Shown piece after piece: positions 16,086 to 25,809 of a stretch of 50,476 nucleotides of DNA. Source of the DNA: Chthoniobacterales bacterium (GTDB lineage: Bacteria > Verrucomicrobiota > Verrucomicrobiia > Chthoniobacterales > UBA10450); contig JBBQRI010000001.1 of assembly GCA_038214915.1 (NCBI GenBank), positions 1 to 50,476 on the forward strand. The letters run 5' to 3'. The position numbers and the translations under genes were made by a program. Under the pieces are notes generated by a model. It made no database searches, was not told the DNA's origin, and saw only the letters and a list, made by a program, of their open reading frames with translations. Within the stretch, counting starts at the first letter, position 1. Each line of letters begins with the position of its first letter.

Positions 16086-16871
16086 CTACGGCTTTGGTGG
16101 TTCGCTCTTTTTGATCAATGCCGTCAAGAGGTCGATCGGAAGGGGGAAAAACGTCGTGGTATTGTGTTCGCTGGAAATTTCGCGCATCGTTTGCAGGAAG
16201 CGCAGTTGCAGTGCAATCGGCTCCTTGCTCATCATCGCCGCGGCCTGCACCATTTTTTCCGCAGCTTGAAATTCGCCCTCGGCGTTGACGATCTTTGCGC
16301 GGCGCTCGCGCTCAGCTTCGGCTTGCTTAGCCATCGCCCGCTTCATTGTGTCGGGCAGCGCAACGTCCTTGACCTCGACCGCCGTGACTTTGACGCCCCA
16401 CGGTTCGGTTTGCCGGTCGATGATCTCCTGCAACTTCTGGTTGATCGACTCGCGCTGCGAAAGCAGGTCATCCAAGGGGGCCTGGCCGAGGACGCTGCGC
16501 AGCGTCGTCTGCGACATCAGCGAGGTGGCTTTGAGAAAGTTCTCCACTTTCACGACCGCGGCTTGCGGATCGACCACACGGAAATAAACAACCGCGTCGA
16601 CCGTCACCGGCACGTTGTCACGCGTCATCACCTCCTGCTTCTCGACGCTGATGGTGACGACGCGCAAATCCATTCGCACCATCCGATCAACGATGGGAAT
16701 GAGGAAAATCAATCCCGGACCTTTCGCGCCGAGTAATTTTCCAAGACGGAAAATCACGCCTCGCTCGTATTCGCGCAGGATGCGGGTCGCCTGCGGAAGA
16801 ATGATTACGGCAAGAATGATGAGGGGTATGGCCCAACTAATTAGTCGCGGAAACGTTTCGAGTAATTCCAT
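16086..16871 (-). CDS. SPFH/Band 7 (stomatin-like, slipin) membrane protein
   Basis: ATG at 16871 with an AAGGAG RBS 6 nt upstream. After an N-terminal TM helix comes ILREYERGVIFRLGKL..., and the tail is a coiled-coil AKQAEAERERRAKI. Confidence 0.9.
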   Translation of the reverse strand: MELLETFPRLISWAIPLIILAVIILPQATRILREYERGVIFRLGKLLGAKGPGLIFLIPIVDRMVRMDLRVVTISVEKQEVMTRDNVPVTVDAVVYFRVVDPQAAVVKVENFLKATSLMSQTTLRSVLGQAPLDDLLSQRESINQKLQEIIDRQTEPWGVKVTAVEVKDVALPDTMKRAMAKQAEAERERRAKIVNAEGEFQAAEKMVQAAAMMSKEPIALQLRFLQTMREISSEHNTTTFFPLPIDLLTALIKKSEPPKP

Positions 16872-16882
16872 GGCTGTCTCCT

Positions 16883-17974
16883 TTAGTTCAACAGTTCGTA
16901 CCAATTGTTTCGGCGACGCGGTTCGTACCCTGCACCGTGGATGAGCGACTCGATTTGCGCTGCGTCCAGCCGAAAAGTTGTGCCCGCGCTGCTGACGACA
17001 TTTTCTTCCATCATCACCGAGCCGAAATCGTTCGCGCCGTATCTAAGGGCGATCTGGCCAATGTCCGGGCCTTGCGTCACCCAGGAGCTTTGAATGTTAT
17101 CAATATTGTCCAGGAAAATCCGTGCGAGAGCTTGCATTCGTAGATATTCGGAGACGCCAGTCGGCTGCTTCACTTTCAATACCGTATGCTGCGGCTGAAA
17201 GGTCCAGCAAATAAACGCCGTAAACCCGCCGCTGCGATCCTGTTGATCCCGAATCCGCTGCAGATGTTCGACGCGATCTTCGATCGTCTCCACGTGACCG
17301 AACATCATCGTGGCGCTAGATTTCAATCCGAGCTCATGCGCCACCTGCATCACCTCCAACCATTCGTCGCTGTTTATTTTCAAAGGCGAAATCCTCTTCC
17401 GTACGCGGTCCACGAGGATTTCGCCCCCGCCACCCGGGATGGAGCCGAGCCCGGCCGTCTTAAATTCGGAGATCACTTCTCGCAGCGGCATCCGGAATGT
17501 CTCCGCGAAATGTTGAAGCTCCGGCGGACTGAACCCGTGAATATTGATGTGGGGATATTTTTCGCGGATGTGCTGTAAAAGATCGATGTACCATTGGAAC
17601 GACAATTTCGGATGATGCCCGCCCTGCATCAGGATTTGGACTCCGCCGGCGGCAGTGAGTTCGTCCAGCTTTTGGTCAAGTTGCTCGAAGCTCAGCACGT
17701 AATGATCTTCGTCGCGTTCCGTCCGATAAAACGCGCAGAACTTGCAGTAAACGTTGCAAACGTTTGTGTAATTGATGTTGCGGTCGACGATGTAGGTCAC
17801 GATCTCGCGACCGCGTCCGCCGTAACTTTTGGCCTTTGCCAAATCGCGCCGCGCATTTGCAAGCGCAGCCAATTCTTCGAGGGGCGACCGATACAATTCC
17901 AGCGCGTCCTCTGTGGAAATCCGCGCGCCCTCTAGGGTTTTTTCCGTGAGCGCATCTCGGTTTAGTGAAACCAT
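16883..17974 (-). CDS. Radical SAM enzyme of the futalosine menaquinone pathway (MqnC/MqnE family)
   Basis: The CxxxCxxC cluster sits in NINYTNVCNVYCKFCAF. The ~360-aa length and overall pattern fit MqnC/MqnE, but I cannot separate the two by eye. Confidence 0.8.
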   Translation of the reverse strand: MVSLNRDALTEKTLEGARISTEDALELYRSPLEELAALANARRDLAKAKSYGGRGREIVTYIVDRNINYTNVCNVYCKFCAFYRTERDEDHYVLSFEQLDQKLDELTAAGGVQILMQGGHHPKLSFQWYIDLLQHIREKYPHINIHGFSPPELQHFAETFRMPLREVISEFKTAGLGSIPGGGGEILVDRVRKRISPLKINSDEWLEVMQVAHELGLKSSATMMFGHVETIEDRVEHLQRIRDQQDRSGGFTAFICWTFQPQHTVLKVKQPTGVSEYLRMQALARIFLDNIDNIQSSWVTQGPDIGQIALRYGANDFGSVMMEENVVSSAGTTFRLDAAQIESLIHGAGYEPRRRNNWYELLN

Positions 17975-18075
17975 CGCGAAGAAATCTTAGACGCTGCCGC
18001 GGATTTGGCACGCACCAACTGTAAAGCGTGTGACTCATTCGTTGCCGCGAGACTGAACGGCATGAGGACTGCCGG

Positions 18076-18127
18076 CCCTACCGATCGCACAGACGTCATG
18101 GTAGGGCGCATCACCCCTGTGCGCGCC
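18076..18127. repeat. REP-like element: CCCTACC...GGTAGGG hairpin plus GGTAGGGCGCATCACCCCTGTGCGCGCC
   Basis: It lies in an intergenic region. The 28-mer at 18100-18127 is about 85% identical to the reverse complement of 20515-20542. Confidence 0.5.
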
Positions 18128-18209
18128 GTCGCCCTGGCCACTCGCCATGGCGAGGCCACCGCACGCTAGAGAATTTTGCGGACGGCTCGGCGATCCTTAC
18201 CATTTGGGA

Positions 18210-19190
18210 ATGGAGCGGAACATCGCGATTATCGGCGCCGGCGTGTCGGGCTTGACGTGCGGTGTGGTGCTTGCTGAGCACGGTTACCGCACTGCGATAT
18301 TCGCGAAGGACATCGGGCAGCAAACAACCTCCAGCGTGGCTGCAGCGGTTTGGTTTCCCTACCATGTCGAGCCAGCCGAGAGAGTGATCCCATTGGCGCT
18401 CGAAACCTACCAAGTGCTCCTCGATCTTGCTCGGTTTCCCGAGAGCGGTGTCTCGATCATCGAATCGCGGCAGTTTTTGCGCACCGGTGAAATTGAAATT
18501 CCCGAGTGGGCCATTCCGCTGGGCGCGCAGCGCCTTTCATCTGTAGCAACCGGCCTGTGGCCGATTCAGGACTACGCACAGCCCGGTGGCTGCAGCTTTA
18601 CGAGCGGTTTCTCGCTGCGCGTTCCGCTGATGGACACTACGATTTATCTTGATTACCTCGCCGCGCGCTTCCTGAAGGCAGGCGGCGAAATCAACGCAAA
18701 TGTCGATTTCAAGAACCTCGAAGATGTGGATTCAAAATCCGTTCTGGTGATCAACTGCGCAGGAATTGGCGCGCGCGAACTCGTCCAGGATGCGGATCTC
18801 GAGCCGCATCGTGGTCAGGTCGCAATCGTCCCGAGAATCGAGGGTCTTTCCTGCGCGATTGTCTGTGATGACGAGCCGCTCATGTACGCAATCCCGCGTG
18901 CGAAGGATTGCGTCTTCGGCGGAACAAATGATGTCAGCGACAACTTGTCGGCTGATCCCGCAACGACGTCGCGAATTATCGCCGAAGGCAGCCGAGTGTT
19001 GAACATCGACAAACCGCCCGTCTTCGCTGAGCGCGTCGGTCTGCGCCCGTTCCGAAGATCAGGCGTACGCGTCGAACGAGATCGTCTCCGCGATGCCCGC
19101 ACCGTGATTCACAACTACGGCCACGGCGGCGCCGGCTTCACCTTGTCATGGGGCTGCGCGCGAAAAGTTCTCGAACTCACCACGTTGTAG
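18210..19190 (+). CDS. D-amino-acid oxidase (FAD-dependent)
   Basis: It has the dinucleotide fold IAIIGAGVSGLTCG and the C-terminal DAO signature HNYGHGGAGFTLSWG. Confidence 0.85.
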   Translation: MERNIAIIGAGVSGLTCGVVLAEHGYRTAIFAKDIGQQTTSSVAAAVWFPYHVEPAERVIPLALETYQVLLDLARFPESGVSIIESRQFLRTGEIEIPEWAIPLGAQRLSSVATGLWPIQDYAQPGGCSFTSGFSLRVPLMDTTIYLDYLAARFLKAGGEINANVDFKNLEDVDSKSVLVINCAGIGARELVQDADLEPHRGQVAIVPRIEGLSCAIVCDDEPLMYAIPRAKDCVFGGTNDVSDNLSADPATTSRIIAEGSRVLNIDKPPVFAERVGLRPFRRSGVRVERDRLRDARTVIHNYGHGGAGFTLSWGCARKVLELTTL

Positions 19191-19211
19191 CGGCGCTTGT
19201 GTCAAGCGCCG
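19191..19211. terminator. Hairpin directly after the TAG stop (CGGCGCTTG-TGT-CAAGCGCCG), between convergent genes
   Basis: 9-bp perfect stem with a 3-nt TGT loop. Same TAGC-stem-TGT-stem design as 3047-3065. Confidence 0.45.
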
Positions 19212-19271
19212 GGCAAAGCACGAGAGCGTCAACGAGAATGATTGGGAGATGTCTCGTCTACCGGATCACGC

Positions 19272-19670
19272 CTACGTCAGTGCGATGCACTGGAACGAGC
19301 TGACGACGTCGTCGGGGCCTTTTTCGGCAAAGAAGCTTTCGTAGTAACCCGGGCCGAGATCCCAGTGCGGGCCTTTGTAATAATCGTCGCGATAAAATCG
19401 CCAGATGCCGCTCTCCACGATGACGCAGCTCATCCGGTCGTTCCAGTAATCGCCAACGTAGTGGAAACTCAAGTTGGTGCGGGCGTAGGAACCTTTAAAG
19501 CCGATGTGATCGTAAAGCACCAGCTCAGGTAGCCGGGTGATTTCCTTGGTCAGTTCAATGTCGACCTTGCCTAGCGCAGAAGCGCGATAGCTCAACGGGC
19601 CGAGGCTCCATTTCATGTCGATGATGCACCCGTTATCGGGCGACAATTCAATTTTGGATATTCGTGGCAT
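19272..19670 (-). CDS. Beta/gamma-crystallin-like domain protein
   Basis: 132 aa. Two Greek-key-like motifs, LYDHIGFKGS...MSCVIV and FYRDDYYKGP...VSSFQCI, fit Y/FxxxxY/FxG ... S. Confidence 0.55.
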   Translation of the reverse strand: MPRISKIELSPDNGCIIDMKWSLGPLSYRASALGKVDIELTKEITRLPELVLYDHIGFKGSYARTNLSFHYVGDYWNDRMSCVIVESGIWRFYRDDYYKGPHWDLGPGYYESFFAEKGPDDVVSSFQCIALT

Positions 19671-19818
19671 AAGCGTGCAGGGCGATGGTTTCCGATAATT
19701 TGATCAGATGAAATCTGCTCTGTCGAGCATAGAGATTGCGAACGAAAAGGTTCGCGCAAACACCGCTGAATCTTGTCTCGGCATCTTCGAGCCGATTTGC
19801 GCGCTCGGCGCAGTTCCG

Positions 19819-20370
19819 TCACTGCGTTTTTGCCCAGCCGATTACGCCACAGGCGATGCGACCGCCTGCGTCTCCGGATGGTTGAGTCTTCAGATCGTCG
19901 GGTTTTGCGTGAACCACGACCGAGCGGCCGATCGCCGATTTCGCATCGTTCGTGAGGGAAATCTGATGGTCGACGTAATCCAGCTTGGCGTTGCCAGAAG
20001 CGTCTGCTTCCACATTTCCCATATCGCCCTCATGCCGTGCGGCTGCATCGGGCCCGGCATGCGGTTGGTTGATGGGATTGAAATGCGCGCCTGCGGAACT
20101 GGCATCGGCTGCACTGCAATCGCCAAATTCATGGACATGAAACCCGTGCTTACCAGGCGTCAGGCCCGCGATCTCTGCGTGGACCTGCACGCCATCGGTG
20201 ACCGGCGTGAACGTGACGGTGCCGCTGACTTTATTGCCCGCGGTGGGATGCAACACTGAAATGCCTTTTGATGACGCCGCGGATTTCGCCGCGGGTGTTT
20301 GCGCCAGCGCGATTAAGCCTGCGAACGATGCAAGCACCAGCCCGATGAACCAAGCTCGAAACGAATTCAT
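19819..20370 (-). CDS. sodC: Periplasmic Cu/Zn superoxide dismutase
   Basis: It has a signal peptide, GFHVHEFGDCS, and GDAGGRIACGVIG with the copper and zinc His ligands. Confidence 0.9.
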   Translation of the reverse strand: MNSFRAWFIGLVLASFAGLIALAQTPAAKSAASSKGISVLHPTAGNKVSGTVTFTPVTDGVQVHAEIAGLTPGKHGFHVHEFGDCSAADASSAGAHFNPINQPHAGPDAAARHEGDMGNVEADASGNAKLDYVDHQISLTNDAKSAIGRSVVVHAKPDDLKTQPSGDAGGRIACGVIGWAKTQ

Positions 20371-20472
20371 ATCAGCATCTGTATTTCGCAGTGGCCGGTA
20401 AGTCCAGTCGCATCAAATCGATGATCAATTCAAGTGAAATGCCGCAACCAAAAGGTGGAAACGTAAGCCCAA

Positions 20473-20542
20473 GGTAGGGCGGGCAGTCGCTGCACGCCGA
20501 CATGAAGGTAAAACGGCGCGCACAGAGTGACGCGTCCTACCC
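20473..20542. repeat. Pair of inverted REP-like elements (GGTAGGGCGGGCAGTCGCTGCACGCCG ... GGCGCGCACAGAGTGACGCGTCCTACCC)
   Basis: The two diverged copies face each other immediately 3' of the stop of the Cys-rich gene at 20543. They are related to 18100-18127. Confidence 0.5.
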
Positions 20543-20776
20543 TTAGACGCGGTCCTTCAACTGCGTTGTGCCGAACACGCGTGCGCAATGGACACAACAG
20601 AAGATTTTTCCGTCCGTTTCGACGCCGTGTCCGACGATACGGCAGGTGCAGTGGGGGCAAACAGGCGCCAGCGCGTGAATTGCGCACTCGAAGCTATCAA
20701 AGGTGTGACGTTCTCCGCCCATGACGACTTCAAACGCCTTGTCATATTCGTTCTCGCAAACTTCGCATGTAGGCAT
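20543..20776 (-). CDS. Small Cys/His-rich putative metal-binding protein
   Basis: From the ATG at 20776: MPTCEVCENEYDKAFEVV..FDSFECAIHALAPVCPHCTCRIVGHGVE..IFCCVHCA. This is a recurring small bacterial family of unknown function. The longest ORF extends to 20926. Confidence 0.55.
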   Translation of the reverse strand: MPTCEVCENEYDKAFEVVMGGERHTFDSFECAIHALAPVCPHCTCRIVGHGVETDGKIFCCVHCARVFGTTQLKDRV

Positions 20777-20960
20777 ACACAATTCGTTCGCGCGAGAGGA
20801 GGTCAGTGGCGGTGTCGATTTCCTGCCAAGCGAAAATTCCGGCGTGCGTTTTTCGGCCAGCTTCGGGTCAGCGTCCCAGCTCGCGCGGAAATTCTTCTGG
20901 TCTTGAGCGACGCGGAAAGTTATCACTGGTCACCATCACTGCGGGTAGGAGCTGTTATTC

Positions 20961-23480
20961 ATGCAAACGCCAGATGCCACCGGTACCGCACCCACTATCG
21001 CTGGAACACTGGCGAAGCTCGGAGCCGATGATAAGACGGGTTTAACTGACGCCCAAGTCCAGGCGCGCTTGAAGAAGTACGGGCCAAACGCGCTGGTGGA
21101 GAAACAGAAAAACGCGTTCGCCGCGTTGCTCGCTTATTTTTGGGGGCCGATCCCATGGATGATCGAGGCCGCGGCATTGATGGCATTCATCGTAGGTGAT
21201 TGGGGCGATTTTACCATCATCACCTCACTGCTGTTGTTCAACGCGCTGCTAGGGTTCTGGGAGGAACACGAAGCTTCCAACGCGCTGGACGCGTTGAAGA
21301 GTTCGCTTGCTCTAAAAGCCCGCGCGCTGCGCAACGGAAGTTGGCAACAGATCGACGCTCGAACGCTGGTGCCGGGTGACATTGTTCGATTGTATCTCGG
21401 TGACGTTGTTCCCGCTGATTGCACACTCATCGCGGGCGATTACATCAGTATCGACCAATCCGCGCTGACGGGAGAATCGTTGCCGGTCAGCAAGAAATCG
21501 GGCGAAGAGGCATACTCGGGTTCGGTCGTTAAACAGGGAGAAATGACGGCGGTGGTTACTGCCACCGGCGCGAATACCTTCTTTGGAAAAACGGCGAAAC
21601 TGGTCGCGGGCGCCGGAAGTGTTTCGCATTTCCAGCGAGCCGTGATGAGGATCGGCAACTTCCTGATCATTCTTGCGCTGGTGTTGGTGGTGATTTTGGT
21701 GGCCGCTCGTCTTTTCGACATGCGCGGCCATTACGACCGGACTGTCCTGTTAAGGTTGTCCGAAATTGTTCTGATTCTCCTTGTAGCATCAGTGCCTGTA
21801 GCCATGCCGGCGGTGCTCTCGGTAACTATGGCCCTTGGCGCGCGAATGCTCGCAAAGCGCAAGGCAATCGTGTCGCGATTGGAAGCGATCGAGGAACTGG
21901 CAGGCGTCGATGTGCTCTGTTCGGATAAGACCGGCACATTAACCGAGAACAAGCTGACCCTGGGCGAAGCGCAACCGTGGTCCGGCACCGATGCGGACAC
22001 ATTGATTTTGATGGCCTCACTCGCGTCACGCGCAGCCGATAACGATCCGATTGATCTCGCGATATTGGCCGGGCTTAAAGACCAATCGATTCTCAAGCGT
22101 TATCAACAGGAAGCCTACGTTCCCTTCGATCCTGTGCACAAACGCACCGAAGCAACAATCAAGGATACGCCCGGCGCAGTCTTTCGGGCCAGCAAAGGTG
22201 CACCGCAAGTAATCCTGGCGCTGACGAAGCTTGCGGGCGCCGATTTGGTCAAGGCGCAGCAGACGGTGAACAATCTCGCGGGTCACGGTTACCGCACGAT
22301 CGGTGTCGCTGTCTCTCACGGCGACAATGATTGGGTTTTCCTAGGAATTCTGCCGCTGTTCGATCCGCCGCGGCCCGATTCGAAGAGCACCATCGCCCGG
22401 GCGCGCGCTTATGGAGTGAAAGTCAAAATGGTTACCGGCGATAACGTCGCCATCGCACGGCAAATTGCATCGGAGCTGGACATGGGCGCAAATATCCAAC
22501 CGGCAACGGAACTTTTTCCTGGCGACGTGACGAAAGGCCAGATCCCGTTGGATGCAGCGGAGAAGATCAACCAAGCCGATGGGTTTGCTGAGGTTTTTCC
22601 AGAACACAAATATGCGATCGTAAAAATACTCCAGCAGAGCGGTCATATCGTCGGTATGACAGGCGACGGCGTGAACGATGCGCCCGCGCTCAAGCAAGCG
22701 GACGTCGGCATCGCCGTTTCCGGAGCGACCGAAGCAGCGCGCGCAGCAGCGGCATTGGTCCTGACCGCGCCCGGTTTATCCGTGATCATCGACGGGATCG
22801 CGGAGGCCAGGCGCATCTTCGAACGGATGACGAGCTACGTGCTCTATCGAATCGCGATGACCATCGCCATCATGGTGTTCGTGGTGCTCGCGTCGATCTA
22901 CTATCACTTTTTTCCGCTCACCGCGATCATGCTGATCGCTCTCGCTCTGCTGGACGATGTGCCCATTATGACCATCGCCTTCGACAACGCGACCGTGCCG
23001 CCGCAGCCTGTTAGATGGGAATTGGAGAGAGTGCTGGTGATCTCGTCAGTGCTTGGATTGCTCGCTGTCATTCAAAGCTTCGGTTTGCTTTATCTCGGCG
23101 ACACGGTTCATCACCTGCAGCATCCGCAACTACAAACAATGATGTTCCTGCAATTAGTCGCTGGCGGTCATCTCATGTTGTTTGTGATGCGCTCAAGGGG
23201 TCCCTTTTGGAAACCGCCATATCCCAGCTCACGCCTTTTCTTCGCGATCATTGCCACGCAAATCGTGGCGGTGTTCATGTGCGGCCAAGGCTGGCTCGTG
23301 CCGGCACTCCCGTGGGGAATCATTGGCTTTGTGTGGGCTTACAACATCGTGTGGATGCTAGTGCAGGACATCGTGAAACTTGGACTTTATCGCATCCTGG
23401 ATCCTGCTCACTCGTGGAAGCGATGGCTATTCGAACCGCTGCGAGTCCTAGCGGCAGACACGCAAAAGGCTGTGAGGTAA
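20961..23480 (+). CDS. P-type ATPase, plasma-membrane H+-ATPase-like (type IIIA)
   Basis: 839 aa with an AGGAG RBS. Motifs are TGES, the phosphorylation site CSDKTGTLT, and MTGDGVNDAPALK. The overall similarity pattern matches fungal and plant PMA-type pumps. Ion specificity is not provable from sequence alone. Confidence 0.85.
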   Translation: MQTPDATGTAPTIAGTLAKLGADDKTGLTDAQVQARLKKYGPNALVEKQKNAFAALLAYFWGPIPWMIEAAALMAFIVGDWGDFTIITSLLLFNALLGFWEEHEASNALDALKSSLALKARALRNGSWQQIDARTLVPGDIVRLYLGDVVPADCTLIAGDYISIDQSALTGESLPVSKKSGEEAYSGSVVKQGEMTAVVTATGANTFFGKTAKLVAGAGSVSHFQRAVMRIGNFLIILALVLVVILVAARLFDMRGHYDRTVLLRLSEIVLILLVASVPVAMPAVLSVTMALGARMLAKRKAIVSRLEAIEELAGVDVLCSDKTGTLTENKLTLGEAQPWSGTDADTLILMASLASRAADNDPIDLAILAGLKDQSILKRYQQEAYVPFDPVHKRTEATIKDTPGAVFRASKGAPQVILALTKLAGADLVKAQQTVNNLAGHGYRTIGVAVSHGDNDWVFLGILPLFDPPRPDSKSTIARARAYGVKVKMVTGDNVAIARQIASELDMGANIQPATELFPGDVTKGQIPLDAAEKINQADGFAEVFPEHKYAIVKILQQSGHIVGMTGDGVNDAPALKQADVGIAVSGATEAARAAAALVLTAPGLSVIIDGIAEARRIFERMTSYVLYRIAMTIAIMVFVVLASIYYHFFPLTAIMLIALALLDDVPIMTIAFDNATVPPQPVRWELERVLVISSVLGLLAVIQSFGLLYLGDTVHHLQHPQLQTMMFLQLVAGGHLMLFVMRSRGPFWKPPYPSSRLFFAIIATQIVAVFMCGQGWLVPALPWGIIGFVWAYNIVWMLVQDIVKLGLYRILDPAHSWKRWLFEPLRVLAADTQKAVR

Positions 23481-23498
23481 ATCAAAAAAGAAAAGATC

Positions 23499-24362
23499 AT
23501 GCCCAACTATCGAAAAAAAATTGTGGTGAAGCCGGGATCCAGGATTCGATTAAAGCGCTTCGATCCCGGCTACCATGGCAACCATGAATCACGCAAGTCA
23601 GCTTTGCCCGAAATTGAGAAGAACCGGCAGAAAATGGACGAACTGCAATATCTTATGTATGCGGAGCAGAAGGGTTCGCTTCTCGTGGTGTTGCAGGGAC
23701 TCGATGCTGGTGGCAAAGACGGCACAGTCCGTCACGTCTTCACTGGAATGAACCCAGCGGGCTGCATTTCTGTTGGCTTCAAGCAGCCGACGCCGAAAGA
23801 ACTGGCGCACGATTTTCTCTGGCGCGTGCATCCGTATGTGCCTGCCAAAGGTTCGATCGTAATTTTCAATCGCTCCCATTACGAAGATGTGCTGGTGGCG
23901 CGCGTTCACGGCTTAGTACCGGAAAAAATCTGGTCGAAGCGCTACGATGAAATCAACGATTTCGAAAAGCTGATCACCACGCAAAACAACACGACAATCC
24001 TCAAATTTTTTCTGCACATTTCAAAAGAGGAACAGCTTGCCCGGTTTGAGAAACGACTGGATGACCCGGCGCGGCAGTGGAAGATCAGTGAATCCGACTA
24101 CAAGGAACGCGAATATTGGGATGATTACACCAAGGCATTCGAGGATGTGCTTAACAAAACCAGCACCGAACACGCTCCATGGTTCATCATTCCTTCAAAC
24201 CACAAATGGTTTCGGGACTTGGCTATTTCGCAAATCATTGTCCGGCAGATGGAAGATATGGACATGCAATTTCCCAAGCCAACCGTGAACCTCGCGGAGA
24301 TTCGGCGCGAATATCATCAAGCCGTCGATCAGGAGAAAGCGGACAGACGTAACAAACGCTAA
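23499..24362 (+). CDS. Polyphosphate kinase 2 (PPK2) family
   Basis: The Walker A-like motif is VLQGLDAGGKDGT. There are FNRSHYEDV and lid motifs. It starts 18 nt after the ATPase stop. Confidence 0.9.
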   Translation: MPNYRKKIVVKPGSRIRLKRFDPGYHGNHESRKSALPEIEKNRQKMDELQYLMYAEQKGSLLVVLQGLDAGGKDGTVRHVFTGMNPAGCISVGFKQPTPKELAHDFLWRVHPYVPAKGSIVIFNRSHYEDVLVARVHGLVPEKIWSKRYDEINDFEKLITTQNNTTILKFFLHISKEEQLARFEKRLDDPARQWKISESDYKEREYWDDYTKAFEDVLNKTSTEHAPWFIIPSNHKWFRDLAISQIIVRQMEDMDMQFPKPTVNLAEIRREYHQAVDQEKADRRNKR

Positions 24363-24364
24363 CA

Positions 24365-25765
24365 TTGTCCGAAATTGCCCTACCACAACGCCTGACGCTC
24401 CTGCTGGATGAGTCGTCGCTGAACAGGGTTCAGCGATGGCTTTGGGTGCTCTCGACCGGGGGCACGTTGCTCGATGGTTACGTCATTTTTCTTCTTGGCG
24501 TGGCGATGCCCATTATCATCGCTGACTTTCACATTCAACCCGACGTGGTCGGTCTCATTGGAGCAAGCCTGGTGTTTGGTGCTGCCATTGGAGCAGGAGT
24601 TGGCGGGCCGATGGCGGACCATCTTGGCCGTAAGAAGTTGATGCTCGCCGACATGATGATTATTGCCGCCGGCGCCTGTATCAGTGCGCTGGCTAAGGGA
24701 CCGGCAATGCTGTTCATAGGACAACTACTCGTCGGGATGGGAGTAGGTATCGATTTCCCTGTTAGTAGCAGCTATGTCTCCGAAATTTTGCCCAAGCCCA
24801 GTCGTGCGCGAATGATGGTGGCCACGATTGCCTGTCAATCTGTCGGTATGCTGCTCGCGGCAGCGATTGCGCTGGCCTTGCTAAGGACCGGAGGCGCTCA
24901 GGTTTGGCGGCTATTTCTGGCGACAGAAGGCGCAGTTGCCCTATTCTTTTTTGTCTTACGTCTGTCGGCACCAGAAAGTCCGCACTGGTTGATGTCTCGC
25001 GGTAAATTTACAGAGGCGGCCCAAGCTTTCGTTCGGATCATTCTCGAGCAACGACAGGCAGTGTTGCAACTTACCGGTAACGACGAGAAGCTCGCAGCTC
25101 TTGTTCCGCAGGTAAAAGGTGGGCTGCCGACCCTGTTTTCGCGTCGTTATCGGGCGCGCACGGCGCTGGTAACTATCCCCTGGTTTCTGATGGATATTGC
25201 TACGTACGGCGTTGGATTGTTTACCCCGACAATTCTCGGAGCGATCGAAATTTCCGGAAGAACGCGTGGATTGACCGCGCACGACTTTGCTGTCGCAAAG
25301 GGTAGCGCCATTATCGACTTGTTTTTGCTATTCGGCTTCCTGCTTGGCATCTGGATGGTTCCACGGTTCGGGCGCATCCGGATGCAGGCGATCGGTTTTA
25401 CAGGAATGGCTGTGGGGATGTTGGTGTTAGTGGCAGCTGTCGGCCTAACAAACTCGAGTTTGCACATCCCGCTGGTGTTCGTCGGGTTCATTTTGTTCAA
25501 CCTGCTGATGAACGCTGGTCCTAATTCGACCACGTTTACACTCGCCCCAATATTATTCCCGACGCAATTACGCGGGACAGCAGGTGGATTCGCCGCGGGC
25601 GTTGCGAAACTCGGCGCAACGTTGGGCGTCTTCCTTCTGCCAATCTTGAAAGAAACATTCGGGGTTCCGACCGTTCTTGGAATTATGTCGGCTGTAAGTC
25701 TGCTGGGTCTGGTCGTTACCTTAATCCTCGACGCGAGGACACAGAGTAGCAACTCTTCCGAGTAG
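24365..25765 (+). CDS. MFS transporter
   Basis: 466 aa with about 12 TM helices and the motif-A-like DHLGRKKLML. The TTG start lies 2 nt after the PPK2 stop. Confidence 0.8.
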   Translation: MSEIALPQRLTLLLDESSLNRVQRWLWVLSTGGTLLDGYVIFLLGVAMPIIIADFHIQPDVVGLIGASLVFGAAIGAGVGGPMADHLGRKKLMLADMMIIAAGACISALAKGPAMLFIGQLLVGMGVGIDFPVSSSYVSEILPKPSRARMMVATIACQSVGMLLAAAIALALLRTGGAQVWRLFLATEGAVALFFFVLRLSAPESPHWLMSRGKFTEAAQAFVRIILEQRQAVLQLTGNDEKLAALVPQVKGGLPTLFSRRYRARTALVTIPWFLMDIATYGVGLFTPTILGAIEISGRTRGLTAHDFAVAKGSAIIDLFLLFGFLLGIWMVPRFGRIRMQAIGFTGMAVGMLVLVAAVGLTNSSLHIPLVFVGFILFNLLMNAGPNSTTFTLAPILFPTQLRGTAGGFAAGVAKLGATLGVFLLPILKETFGVPTVLGIMSAVSLLGLVVTLILDARTQSSNSSE

Positions 25766-25809
25766 AAGAAATGGCTCGGGAACGTGATACTTTTTTACCG
25801 GAGCTGCCT

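Noticed and set aside
17962-18413. ORFs of 65 and 100 aa in the mqn-to-DAO intergenic region
   Set aside because: They run through REP-like palindromic repeats and into the antisense strand of the DAO gene. Their composition is Arg/Gly/His-rich and not protein-like.
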